Assembly: GCA_047631715.1 (NCBI GenBank)
Contig: JBLICC010000001.1
Coordinates: 20,012 to 84,011 of the forward strand
Origin: Alteromonas naphthalenivorans
GTDB taxonomy: Bacteria; Babelota; Babeliae; Babelales; CAIQNR01
Reading direction: 5' to 3'
DNA length: 64,000 nt
In this document: positions 54,132-62,330 of the stretch, piece after piece
Numbering within the stretch: the stretch's first letter is position 1
How the letters are laid out: every line of letters starts with the position of its first letter
Translations under genes and position numbers: made by a program
Notes under the pieces: model-generated
Told to the model about the DNA's origin: nothing
The model's input: only the letters and a program-made list of their open reading frames with translations
Database searches by the model: none

Positions 54132-54683
54132 TTATTCTTGGAAAGGTTGCAACATAAGCGGTTGTTCATCTCCGTTTTCGTAAAGTGGTGGAAGGTCATC
54201 TTCATAAATATTTGTTTGTTGTGCCGGTATATCTTCTTGTGGAAAAGATTCTTTTAAAAAATAATAAGGTAAAGATAAAGTACCAAAATTCTTATTTAAA
54301 ACTGCAATAAGAGGAAGCACTTTATTAAGATCGCGTGCAATAGCCTTGCTTATTTCTCTATTCTGGCTGGTACAGGGTAAAACTATGTCTACGCCTTCTT
54401 TGGGATGTAATATTTGAGTACTGTGATGTTTTTTAAATTCACCAATAAGTTTTTTTGGAGGTGACTTAAAGTGTACAGTATTGTTTTCTTTGATGTATTT
54501 AAAAGTAAATTTTGTAGACCATAAAAAATCTTCTCGTTCTTTAATAACAAGTTTCATTTCATCCGGTTTAAAAGTACAGGTTATTTTTTTATTTTCTTTT
54601 AACTTACATGTTTGGGTAAGAGTTTCTGAACAATAGGCTGTTTGTAGAAAAAGTGGTGTGAGTAATACTAAAAAATATTTCAT
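54132..54683 (-). CDS. Secreted hypothetical protein
   Basis: Signal peptide MKYFLVLLTPLFLQTAYC. The upstream AAAATTAGGGAATTAAGAATG is nearly identical to AAAATTAGGGGATTGAAAATG of the 53591 gene. Confidence 0.45.
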   Translation of the reverse strand: MKYFLVLLTPLFLQTAYCSETLTQTCKLKENKKITCTFKPDEMKLVIKEREDFLWSTKFTFKYIKENNTVHFKSPPKKLIGEFKKHHSTQILHPKEGVDIVLPCTSQNREISKAIARDLNKVLPLIAVLNKNFGTLSLPYYFLKESFPQEDIPAQQTNIYEDDLPPLYENGDEQPLMLQPFQE

Positions 54684-54759
54684 TCTTAATTCCCTAATTT
54701 TAAAAACATAATAAGGGAATTTACTGTTTTTTTTATAGATTGTTCAAGAGTTTAAAATT

Positions 54760-55223
54760 CTAAGGTGAAGGTGGAGGAGTCTCCAAAAGTGCTGAAGTGT
54801 CTTCTTCTTCGGTTTCTTCAGGATCAACATAAGTTTCAAATAGACCTATGCTTAATTTAAGGCAATGGTTAAAATATTCTGGAGTGTAATAAGCATCGCT
54901 GCTTAGAAGTGTAAGAGCAAGAGCTTGAACTGCATTAAACGAAAGATTAAGAATAAGTATTCTCATGTTCTCATGAGATTTTTCTAGATAAAAACATTTT
55001 TCCAAAGTCCCAGATAGAGCACGTTGTAACCTGGAATATAAGCATGTTCTTGTAACGGCATATAATAAAATTTTGTATCAGTATTTGCATTAAAGAGGCA
55101 AACATTAATAATTAAATGTGTTGAACGTTGGCCTATTTATGTTTCTTTTATTGTAAACGGTTGATAGGCGCAAAAAGATGTTGTTGTGAAAAGTAATAAG
55201 AAAGAAATGAGTGTTTGTTTCAT
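54760..55223 (-). pseudogene. Possible decayed secreted-protein gene
   Basis: ATG at 55223 gives only 28 codons (MKQTLISFLLLFTTTSFCAYQPFTIKET, then stop). The downstream ORF (open 55077..54760, first Met at 55005) is in a different frame and lacks a signal peptide. Confidence 0.3.
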
Positions 55224-55240
55224 GTTGTTTTCTAAAAAAC

Positions 55241-55316
55241 TGGTCGGGATGGCCAGACTCGAACTGGCGACCCCTCGCTCCCAAAGCGAGTGCGCTACCA
55301 ACTGCGCCACATCCCG
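55241..55316 (-). tRNA. tRNA-Pro (UGG), CCA encoded
   Basis: Reverse complement CGGGATGTGGCGCAGTTGGTAGCGCACTCGCTTTGGGAGCGAGGGGTCGCCAGTTCGAGTCTGGCCATCCCGACCA. Anticodon loop TTTGGGA. Confidence 0.9.
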
Positions 55317-55369
55317 ACAGAATTTTTGAAGTCTACAAGTAAATTGTAGATTTATAATTTCAACTTAAG

Positions 55370-55446
55370 TGGGGTGGATGATGGGGATTGAACCCACGAC
55401 CCTCAGAATCACAACCTGATGCTCTACCAACTGAGCTACATCCACC
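55370..55446 (-). tRNA. tRNA-His (GUG) with encoded G-1 and CCA
   Basis: Reverse complement GGTGGATGTAGCTCAGTTGGTAGAGCATCAGGTTGTGATTCTGAGGGTCGTGGGTTCAATCCCCATCATCCACCCCA. Anticodon loop TTGTGAT. The extra 5' G pairs with discriminator C. Confidence 0.9.
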
Positions 55447-55600
55447 ACCTAACTTTACCTTAAAACAAGCTAAAAGCAGCTCAAGGTCCTTTAAGTATGC
55501 CAAGCTTTAAGCAAAAAGCAAAGTCAAAATTTTAAAAAAAATATGTTACAATAAAACGGTTGAGCTGAAATATTCAAAATATATACCTAGGGCAGGTGCT

Positions 55601-58165
55601 ATGGCTAAGAAACATCGTTCGTGGATCAAGGTTACTGGAGCGCGTGAGCATAACCTTAAAAACATTTCCGTAGATATTCCAAAAGAGGCTTTTACGGTTA
55701 TAACCGGGCCATCTGGATCTGGTAAAAGTTCTTTAGCGCTCGATATTTTATATACCGAGGGTAAACGACGTTATACAGAATCTCTTTCTTCTTATGCACG
55801 TCAATTCTTGGGTATAGCGCGTAAACCTGATGTTGATCAAATAGATGGATTATGCCCAGCGATTGCCATTGAGCAAAAAACAGTTGGTGCTAATCCGCGG
55901 TCGACCGTGGGTACTATTACCGAAATTTACGATTATTTACGGGTTCTTTTTGCTCGTGTTGGAGTGGCGCATTGTCCTGATTGTAAAATCAAGGTAGGAG
56001 CTCAATCACCAGAAAGTATGGCACATCACATTCTTGCGTTGTTTAAGGATAAGCCTGTTACTATTAGTGCTCCGATTGCAAGACAACAAAAGGGTGAATT
56101 TAAAAAAGATCTTAAGCATCATTTTGAACAGGGTTTTTATCGATTTGAAATTGATGGTAAACAGTATAAATTTTCGAGTCCCGAAGAAATAGATGCTTTA
56201 AAGTTGGGCAAAACCTATAAACATACGATTGATGTATTGATTGATGCTTTGACTGCTGAGGATTCTGAAAGGCCACGTATTCAAGAAGCGGTAGAAAAAG
56301 CAGAACAGCTTGCTGGTGGATTGGTAAAAGTTGTATCTGGGAAAAAAGAACAGCTCTATGCTTCTCAGTGTATGTGTTTAAAATGTAATAATGCGTTTCC
56401 TGAACTTGAACCTCGGTTTTTTTCTTTTAACTCTCCTATTGGTGCGTGTAAGGGATGTTCTGGGTTAGGCATAACCAATAAATGGCCATGGGATAAAGGT
56501 GATAAAGACTATTGGAAAACAAAGTATCCTGATTTTTTTAAAAAATATGCAACACGATTGGGATGCGAAGAGTGTGGCGGTAAGCGTTTAAATAAATTTG
56601 CTCTTGCTGTAGAAGTTAATAAGAAGAATATTCACGATATTGCAGAAATGCCTATTAAAGATGCACTTTTATGGTTCAAAAATATTACCATAGATGCAAC
56701 CTCTAAAAAAATAGCAAAAGCATTGTTAAAGGAGATTACTCGTAGGTTTCAGTTTTTGGATAATGTTGGATTGCCCTATTTAACACTCAACCGATCAGCC
56801 AGAACACTCTCTGGTGGAGAAGGCCAACGTATTCGGCTTGCAACACAAATTGGTTCTGCATTAAGCGGTGTACTGTATATTCTTGATGAACCAAGTATTG
56901 GATTGCATCAACGTGATAACGATCGTTTAATTAAAACGCTTAAAGAGTTACGAGACCAAGGTAATACCGTCGTAGTTGTTGAGCACGATACCGATACCAT
57001 GCAAGCAGCAGATTATCTTATTGATATGGGCCCAGAGGCGGGTGTGCATGGTGGAACAGTAACTGCATTTGGGACACCAAAGCAGGTAGCAAAAAATGCT
57101 AATTCGTTAACCGGTGCTTACTTGAGTGGTAAGAAAAAAATTGATTTGCCCGAATGTATACGAGAACCCTATGCTTATTTGATTTTAAAGCATGCAAAGA
57201 AAAATAATTTAAAAGATATTACAGTACGCTTTCCATTAGGCGTTCTTTGTGGAATTTCTGGAGTATCTGGTTCGGGTAAGAGTTCTTTGATCTTAGAGGA
57301 GCTGGTTCCTGCAGTTGAGCAATCGTTAACGGGTAATCGTGCACGAGTGGTTCCTACAAAAGATTTAGTTGGTGGAGATCAAGTTAATGCACTAGTAGTT
57401 ATCGATCAAAAACCAATTGGTCGATCTTCTCGATCTAATCCAGCGACATACCTTGGTATTTTTGACGAGATTAGAAGTTTATTTGCTGCATTGCCAGAAA
57501 GTAATATTCGTGGATACAAGACGGGTCGATTTAGTTTTAATAGACCAGATGGTCGTTGCTTTGATTGTTCTGGTAATGGAACCATAACAGTAGAAATGCA
57601 TTTCTTAGCCGATGTTACCATTACGTGTAAAACTTGTAAGGGTCGCAGATATAATAAAGAAACATTGCAAATTACGTATAGAAGAAAAAACATTGCAGAT
57701 GTGCTTGATATGACAGCGCTCGAAGCTATGGCATTTTTTGCAGCACATCATAAAATTGTTAAACGCTTACAGTTGTTGTGTGACGTGGGTCTTGATTATG
57801 TAAAACTTGCGCAATCTTCTACAACGCTTTCTGGCGGCGAGGCTCAACGTATTAAATTGGTTAATGAGCTTGCAAAACGGGGTACTCGTACGCTCTATAT
57901 TCTTGATGAACCAACAACCGGTTTGCATTCAAGTGATATAGAGAAATTGCTTAAAGTGTTAAATCGTCTGGTTATCAAGGGGAACTCAGTGATTGTTATT
58001 GAGCATAATTTAGATGTTCTTAAAACGACTGACTATATTATTGATATGGGCCCCGAGGGTGGCGCAGAAGGTGGCATTGTAGTAGCCGAAGGTGAACCAA
58101 AAAAAGTAGCTCGATCAAAGACAAGTAAGACAGCGCCTTATTTGCGCAAAGCGTTACAGGCTTAA
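55601..58165 (+). CDS. uvrA: Excinuclease ABC subunit A (compact, 854 aa)
   Basis: Two ABC modules (GPSGSGKSSL / GVSGSGKSSL; LSGGEGQRIRLA / LSGGEAQRIKLV). Zn modules CPDC, CLKC-x20-CKGC, CEEC and CFDC...CKTC. Confidence 0.93.
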   Translation: MAKKHRSWIKVTGAREHNLKNISVDIPKEAFTVITGPSGSGKSSLALDILYTEGKRRYTESLSSYARQFLGIARKPDVDQIDGLCPAIAIEQKTVGANPRSTVGTITEIYDYLRVLFARVGVAHCPDCKIKVGAQSPESMAHHILALFKDKPVTISAPIARQQKGEFKKDLKHHFEQGFYRFEIDGKQYKFSSPEEIDALKLGKTYKHTIDVLIDALTAEDSERPRIQEAVEKAEQLAGGLVKVVSGKKEQLYASQCMCLKCNNAFPELEPRFFSFNSPIGACKGCSGLGITNKWPWDKGDKDYWKTKYPDFFKKYATRLGCEECGGKRLNKFALAVEVNKKNIHDIAEMPIKDALLWFKNITIDATSKKIAKALLKEITRRFQFLDNVGLPYLTLNRSARTLSGGEGQRIRLATQIGSALSGVLYILDEPSIGLHQRDNDRLIKTLKELRDQGNTVVVVEHDTDTMQAADYLIDMGPEAGVHGGTVTAFGTPKQVAKNANSLTGAYLSGKKKIDLPECIREPYAYLILKHAKKNNLKDITVRFPLGVLCGISGVSGSGKSSLILEELVPAVEQSLTGNRARVVPTKDLVGGDQVNALVVIDQKPIGRSSRSNPATYLGIFDEIRSLFAALPESNIRGYKTGRFSFNRPDGRCFDCSGNGTITVEMHFLADVTITCKTCKGRRYNKETLQITYRRKNIADVLDMTALEAMAFFAAHHKIVKRLQLLCDVGLDYVKLAQSSTTLSGGEAQRIKLVNELAKRGTRTLYILDEPTTGLHSSDIEKLLKVLNRLVIKGNSVIVIEHNLDVLKTTDYIIDMGPEGGAEGGIVVAEGEPKKVARSKTSKTAPYLRKALQA

Positions 58166-58238
58166 GAACCATTTATTGCATTTAAATAACTCATAAGATC
58201 ATATTCATTCGATATGAACTGTATAGATTTATACTGAG

Positions 58239-58285
58239 TCATCCTGAGTGGTTTTTGAATGATAGTGAAAAAATTGTATCGAAGG
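58239..58285 (-). repeat. Dispersed intergenic repeat, copy 3a (reverse orientation)
   Basis: The reverse complement reads ccttcgatacaa-ttttttcactatcattcaaaaac-cactcaggatga. Confidence 0.55.
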
Positions 58286-58315
58286 ATAATAGAGAACGAA
58301 TTGCATACATTCGAC

Positions 58316-58357
58316 CCATTCGATACAATTCCTAACGGAATCACTCAGGGTGACTCG
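58316..58357 (+). repeat. Dispersed intergenic repeat, copy 3b
   Basis: ccattcgatacaattcctaacggaatcactcagggtgactcg; the core hairpin is identical to copy 1. A further partial 3' half, tcactcagtatgattcg, lies at 58371-58387. Confidence 0.55.
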
Positions 58358-58531
58358 CTAAAGTTCATATTCACTCAGTATGATTCGTTAATTTGTTCTG
58401 TTGCTTAACAAGATAGGATGAGACACTCTGAAGTTAACCGTAGGCAGTAGAAATAGTATCGCTGAACTCGTTTGATTTTTATTTTTTTACATAGTAACAT
58501 ATCGCAGTTTTAATTCTTATGAAAGGCTGCG

Positions 58532-59017
58532 ATGGAATATCTGAAAGCGCGTTTTAGTACTCTGTGTTTATTGGCTATTATTACTTGTCTGTTAACGCAA
58601 TCTTTGTCTGCAACATATTATATTTCTATTCGATCTCCAGATAATACTCTTCAAGCATATGTTTTGGATAAAGTAAAAGATGAGATTATAGATAAAAATA
58701 ATTCCCCCTCAAAACAAAAAATTGTTGTTAATGATGGTTTGATCGATCTATCAAAAGAAATTGATTATTTTAATGCTCAAGAAAATAATTGCTACAATAT
58801 TGAAAGTTCTAAGGGTATTGCTAATCAAAAAAAACAATCGAAAAGTGTTTTTTCTACATATCAGTTTTGGGGATTAGTTTGTATTGGGGGTGTGGCTTAC
58901 AGGAATAGAAATGCACTTAAGCTTGTGATTGTCGGAACGGCTTTTCTTGTTGTAGCCGCTGAAATCTTAGTATATAAAAGTAGGGTTTACAGGCAGCTTC
59001 CTGAATTTTCTTGGTAA
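58532..59017 (+). CDS. Hypothetical membrane protein (161 aa)
   Basis: N-terminal signal or anchor plus a C-terminal TM segment (FWGLVCIGGVAY...VIVGTAFLVVAAEILVY). SD GAAAGG. Confidence 0.45.
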   Translation: MEYLKARFSTLCLLAIITCLLTQSLSATYYISIRSPDNTLQAYVLDKVKDEIIDKNNSPSKQKIVVNDGLIDLSKEIDYFNAQENNCYNIESSKGIANQKKQSKSVFSTYQFWGLVCIGGVAYRNRNALKLVIVGTAFLVVAAEILVYKSRVYRQLPEFSW

Positions 59018-59095
59018 TAGTACACTAATATTTTTCTTTTACGGTACATGTATTATTCTATAGGCACTATATTAATATAATACCATGTGAGAAAA

Positions 59096-59536
59096 ATGAA
59101 ATTAGTTATACAGAGAGTTACACAATCAAGCGTAAAAATTGATAATCAAATAGTTGGAGAAATTGGCAAGGGCATGATGGTGTTGGTCGGCCTTACTCAT
59201 GATGACACCTTAGAAATTGTCGAAAAGCTAGCAACACGACTATTAAAACTACGTATTTTTCCTGATGAACATAAACCCTTAAATCTTAATATTCATGATT
59301 TTGGAGGCCAAATTCTGTTGGTATCTCAATTTACGCTTTACGCTAATCTGAGTAAGGGTAATAGACCTTCATTTGTAGATGCTATGGAGCCAACAAAGGC
59401 AGAAGAGCTATTTAATACATTTGTGGCTAAAGTGACTGAATTGCATTCAGACAAGGTGGCAACAGGTAAATTTGGTGCTGATATGGCAGTTGAGCTTATT
59501 AATGATGGGCCAACAACTATTATTTTAGAAGCTTAA
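59096..59536 (+). CDS. dtd: D-aminoacyl-tRNA deacylase
   Basis: MKLVIQRV...GKGMMVLVGLTHDD...VSQFTLYANLSKGNRPSF...ELINDGPTT is canonical Dtd. The ORF-track GTG at 59087 is probably too far upstream. Confidence 0.88.
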   Translation: MKLVIQRVTQSSVKIDNQIVGEIGKGMMVLVGLTHDDTLEIVEKLATRLLKLRIFPDEHKPLNLNIHDFGGQILLVSQFTLYANLSKGNRPSFVDAMEPTKAEELFNTFVAKVTELHSDKVATGKFGADMAVELINDGPTTIILEA

Positions 59537-59637
59537 AAGGGCTCCTAGATAGGGTTAAATTGAGTTTTTTGAGTATTTTGTTACACTTCTGTTATCTAAG
59601 AATTTGTTTTCAATAGAGTATTCAGGAGATTTTTACA

Positions 59638-60605
59638 TGAAATATTCGGGCAATTTATTTACACTTTTGTTGTGTTTAATAGTTTCTCTTTCTCTGCATG
59701 GTGCTAATATAGGGCCAATCAGTCAATCAGCATCAACCGAGAGTTTGGGTGGATTCTTTTCTGAATTTGCACGAGCAGGAGCTATTGTTGCAGTATTAAA
59801 GATGGTGCATGAGAATAATTATCCTAATACAGCATGTGTGCTTGGTTGTTATGTTGCAGTGAGTGAGCTTGAGCAAAAAAACTCTCAATTTTTTAATAGA
59901 ACTATAAATATTGTTAAATCACCATGGGTATTTGCACGTAAGCGTTGCGAGTTATTAGTGTGTGGCGGAGAGTCTCTTTCTTGGAACGAGCTTGTTACGT
60001 GGCGTAATCGAGTTATGAAGTTACTTTCTCCTTTAACAAAGCAAGCAACAGTGGTTGATTTAAGCAAAGAAAAACGTCTGCGTCTTATTGATCAAGATGA
60101 TAATGCCGAAGTTGTTCTTGATGAGCAATGGGCAGAGTATGCACAACATATAGATAAACAATTTTCGTTTATGGTTAAACGACTTGATAAGCATCTAAAT
60201 TATTACCAAGATAAAAAAAATGTAGAATATAAAGATACAAATATTGTTTATAAAATTATAGATCCTATTAAGGGAGCTATCAATGGTATTGGAAAAGCAT
60301 TTATACGCGTTTCTATTAAGCGGGATGAAGAAGTTGCTTTTTATTTAGAAGAAATAAAAACATATTTACAAGAAATAATTGTGTATTCAAAGAACGTTAA
60401 TCAATTATCTGATCTCGATAAAGATCGTGTTAAGCGAACTATGAATAGTATTTGTGATGCATTTGAGCATGTTGCAACATTGATTGATGCCGATACTGCA
60501 GCTTCTGGAAGAAATGCGGTGGGCCAATTAACCGTACAAAAAGAATCTACTGGTAATGCATATGCAGGTGGTTATGGTGGCTATGGTAATGTGGGTGCAT
60601 TTTAA
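59638..60605 (+). CDS. Secreted hypothetical protein with a Gly/Tyr-rich C-terminus
   Basis: AGGAG SD, then MKYSGNLFTLLLCLIVSLSLHGA. The C-terminus is GNAYAGGYGGYGNVGAF. First gene of a four-gene plus-strand operon. Confidence 0.45.
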
Positions 60606-60624
60606 TTTAGGGATAGTTATTATT

Positions 60625-61638
60625 ATGATTAAGAATAAAGAAATAAAAAAGTTGTTATTATTTGTTTTGTTTGCCTTTTGTAGTTTTATGCAAGCAGATG
60701 AAGTGCAACAAGTGCCAAAAAAAATTGAAAGTATCAATAGAGAATTAGTTGATTCTCATAAAATAAAAATTTCTGAAAAAATTACACGAAATAAATATGA
60801 GCGTATTGGTATATTATGTGCTTCAACAGCAGTGATAGCTGCACTTGGGTGGTATGCTCTTTCGGATTCTGAACTCGTTCCTGCTGATCAAGCACTTACA
60901 CAAAATTCGAATCAAAAAATTGATGCGCTCTATAGAAATAGTGAAAATATGCAAAAATATGCTGCAATTATAGCTGCACATGCATCAAAATCTAATACAA
61001 TAAAACCTGATATTAAACCTACTTCTAAATTGAGGCAATGGTGTTCAGGGGTATTGAGTTATAGTAAAAAAATGGGGCAAATGGCTGTAGATAATAGTGT
61101 ATTAATGGTGTTTATGGCTGCTGTTCAGGTTGGTCCTATAAAAAACTTATTTATACATTGGGGTAATAAGGTTAATGAGATAGGTGAATATGTATATTAT
61201 GACGTAGACTTTCATTGGTTTGTAACAAAGCAAACGCAAGCGATTGCTTATTTTAATGATCTTGAACGTTCAGCTGAATTGTTACCTCTTGCATGTGATG
61301 CAGAAGAGCGTGAATACCAACGAGATTCTATGATGTGGGCTGGTGATATGTTGGTTAAACAATTAGCACGCGTTGTTGCTTTTATGGAATATCAGGCGCA
61401 AGAACTTAAAGTTCTTAATACTGGATGCAGTATTCAAATGCAGGCATCTTCAAAATATGTGTATCGTCATGTTGAACAATTTAGTACAACATTACAAACA
61501 ATGCTTGATGACCATACTAAACATGCAGAAATTCCTGCGTATATTAAATCATTTAGAAAACGTTTACGTTCTGAGCAAGATAGTTTCTGTGTAAATGAAT
61601 ATGCAGCTTTGTACGATATTTCTGACTCCGTAGCGTAA
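60625..61638 (+). CDS. Hypothetical membrane-anchored protein
   Basis: The likely start is MIKNKEIKKLLLFVLFAFCSFMQA at 60625. A second hydrophobic segment is IGILCASTAVIAALGWYAL. The ORF-track start at 60556 overlaps the previous gene. Confidence 0.45.
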   Translation: MIKNKEIKKLLLFVLFAFCSFMQADEVQQVPKKIESINRELVDSHKIKISEKITRNKYERIGILCASTAVIAALGWYALSDSELVPADQALTQNSNQKIDALYRNSENMQKYAAIIAAHASKSNTIKPDIKPTSKLRQWCSGVLSYSKKMGQMAVDNSVLMVFMAAVQVGPIKNLFIHWGNKVNEIGEYVYYDVDFHWFVTKQTQAIAYFNDLERSAELLPLACDAEEREYQRDSMMWAGDMLVKQLARVVAFMEYQAQELKVLNTGCSIQMQASSKYVYRHVEQFSTTLQTMLDDHTKHAEIPAYIKSFRKRLRSEQDSFCVNEYAALYDISDSVA

Positions 61639-61643
61639 GACAC

Positions 61644-62330
61644 ATGATTAATCGATGGGTATTTTGTATTGTTTTATGGGCTGTTTCTTGTTTAGAAGCT
61701 TCTGGACAAAAACAACAAATGCCCTTATTCGATTATTTAGTTGCAACAAGTAAAACACATTTTATTGAACCATCGTGGGTTTTGCCACTTTTTTTTTCTA
61801 TGAATGTGAAAGAGTTCGATGCTTCTTGGGATTTTTTAACTACTCTTATTAAAGATAAACCTTGGTATTTAATTTGTTCAAACTATTCTGATTATTCTGA
61901 GTGTAAGCAGCGAGATGTTTTGATTGCTCATTGCAAGTCATACGATACCTTTTTGCAGCATCTTTTTGTAAATCCAAAAACGGGTGATATTCAGTTTTTT
62001 CAGGGACCTTCATCAAGTAAATCGTATATTTCTATTTATGATTATTGGAAAAGAACACACAACAAAAATGCTTCTCACTTTTATGCTTTTTATTTTGATC
62101 GTATTGCTGCTACGTATATAGAGGCCACTAATAATGCTTTTCTAAATATTGATCATGCTGATTATAGTAACTACTTACAAAGGGCTGGTAGAGATTTAGG
62201 TGTTTTGTATTGTGTATTACATTGTTTGACGAACAGTTCTTATGAGGTACGTTATAGTGCGCATATTAAACAGTATCAAGAAGTGCGCCAGTTGCTTATA
62301 GAAGAAAAGCGTATGTTGGATGAGTTATGA
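61644..62330 (+). CDS. Secreted hypothetical protein (228 aa)
   Basis: Signal peptide MINRWVFCIVLWAVSCLEA. 5-nt gap to the previous gene and an ATGA overlap with the next. Confidence 0.45.
   Translation: MINRWVFCIVLWAVSCLEASGQKQQMPLFDYLVATSKTHFIEPSWVLPLFFSMNVKEFDASWDFLTTLIKDKPWYLICSNYSDYSECKQRDVLIAHCKSYDTFLQHLFVNPKTGDIQFFQGPSSSKSYISIYDYWKRTHNKNASHFYAFYFDRIAATYIEATNNAFLNIDHADYSNYLQRAGRDLGVLYCVLHCLTNSSYEVRYSAHIKQYQEVRQLLIEEKRMLDEL

Noticed and set aside
58162-58344. 60-aa minus-strand ORF downstream of uvrA.
   Set aside because: It lies wholly within the palindromic intergenic repeat cluster, has no SD, and its sequence is dictated by the repeat copies.
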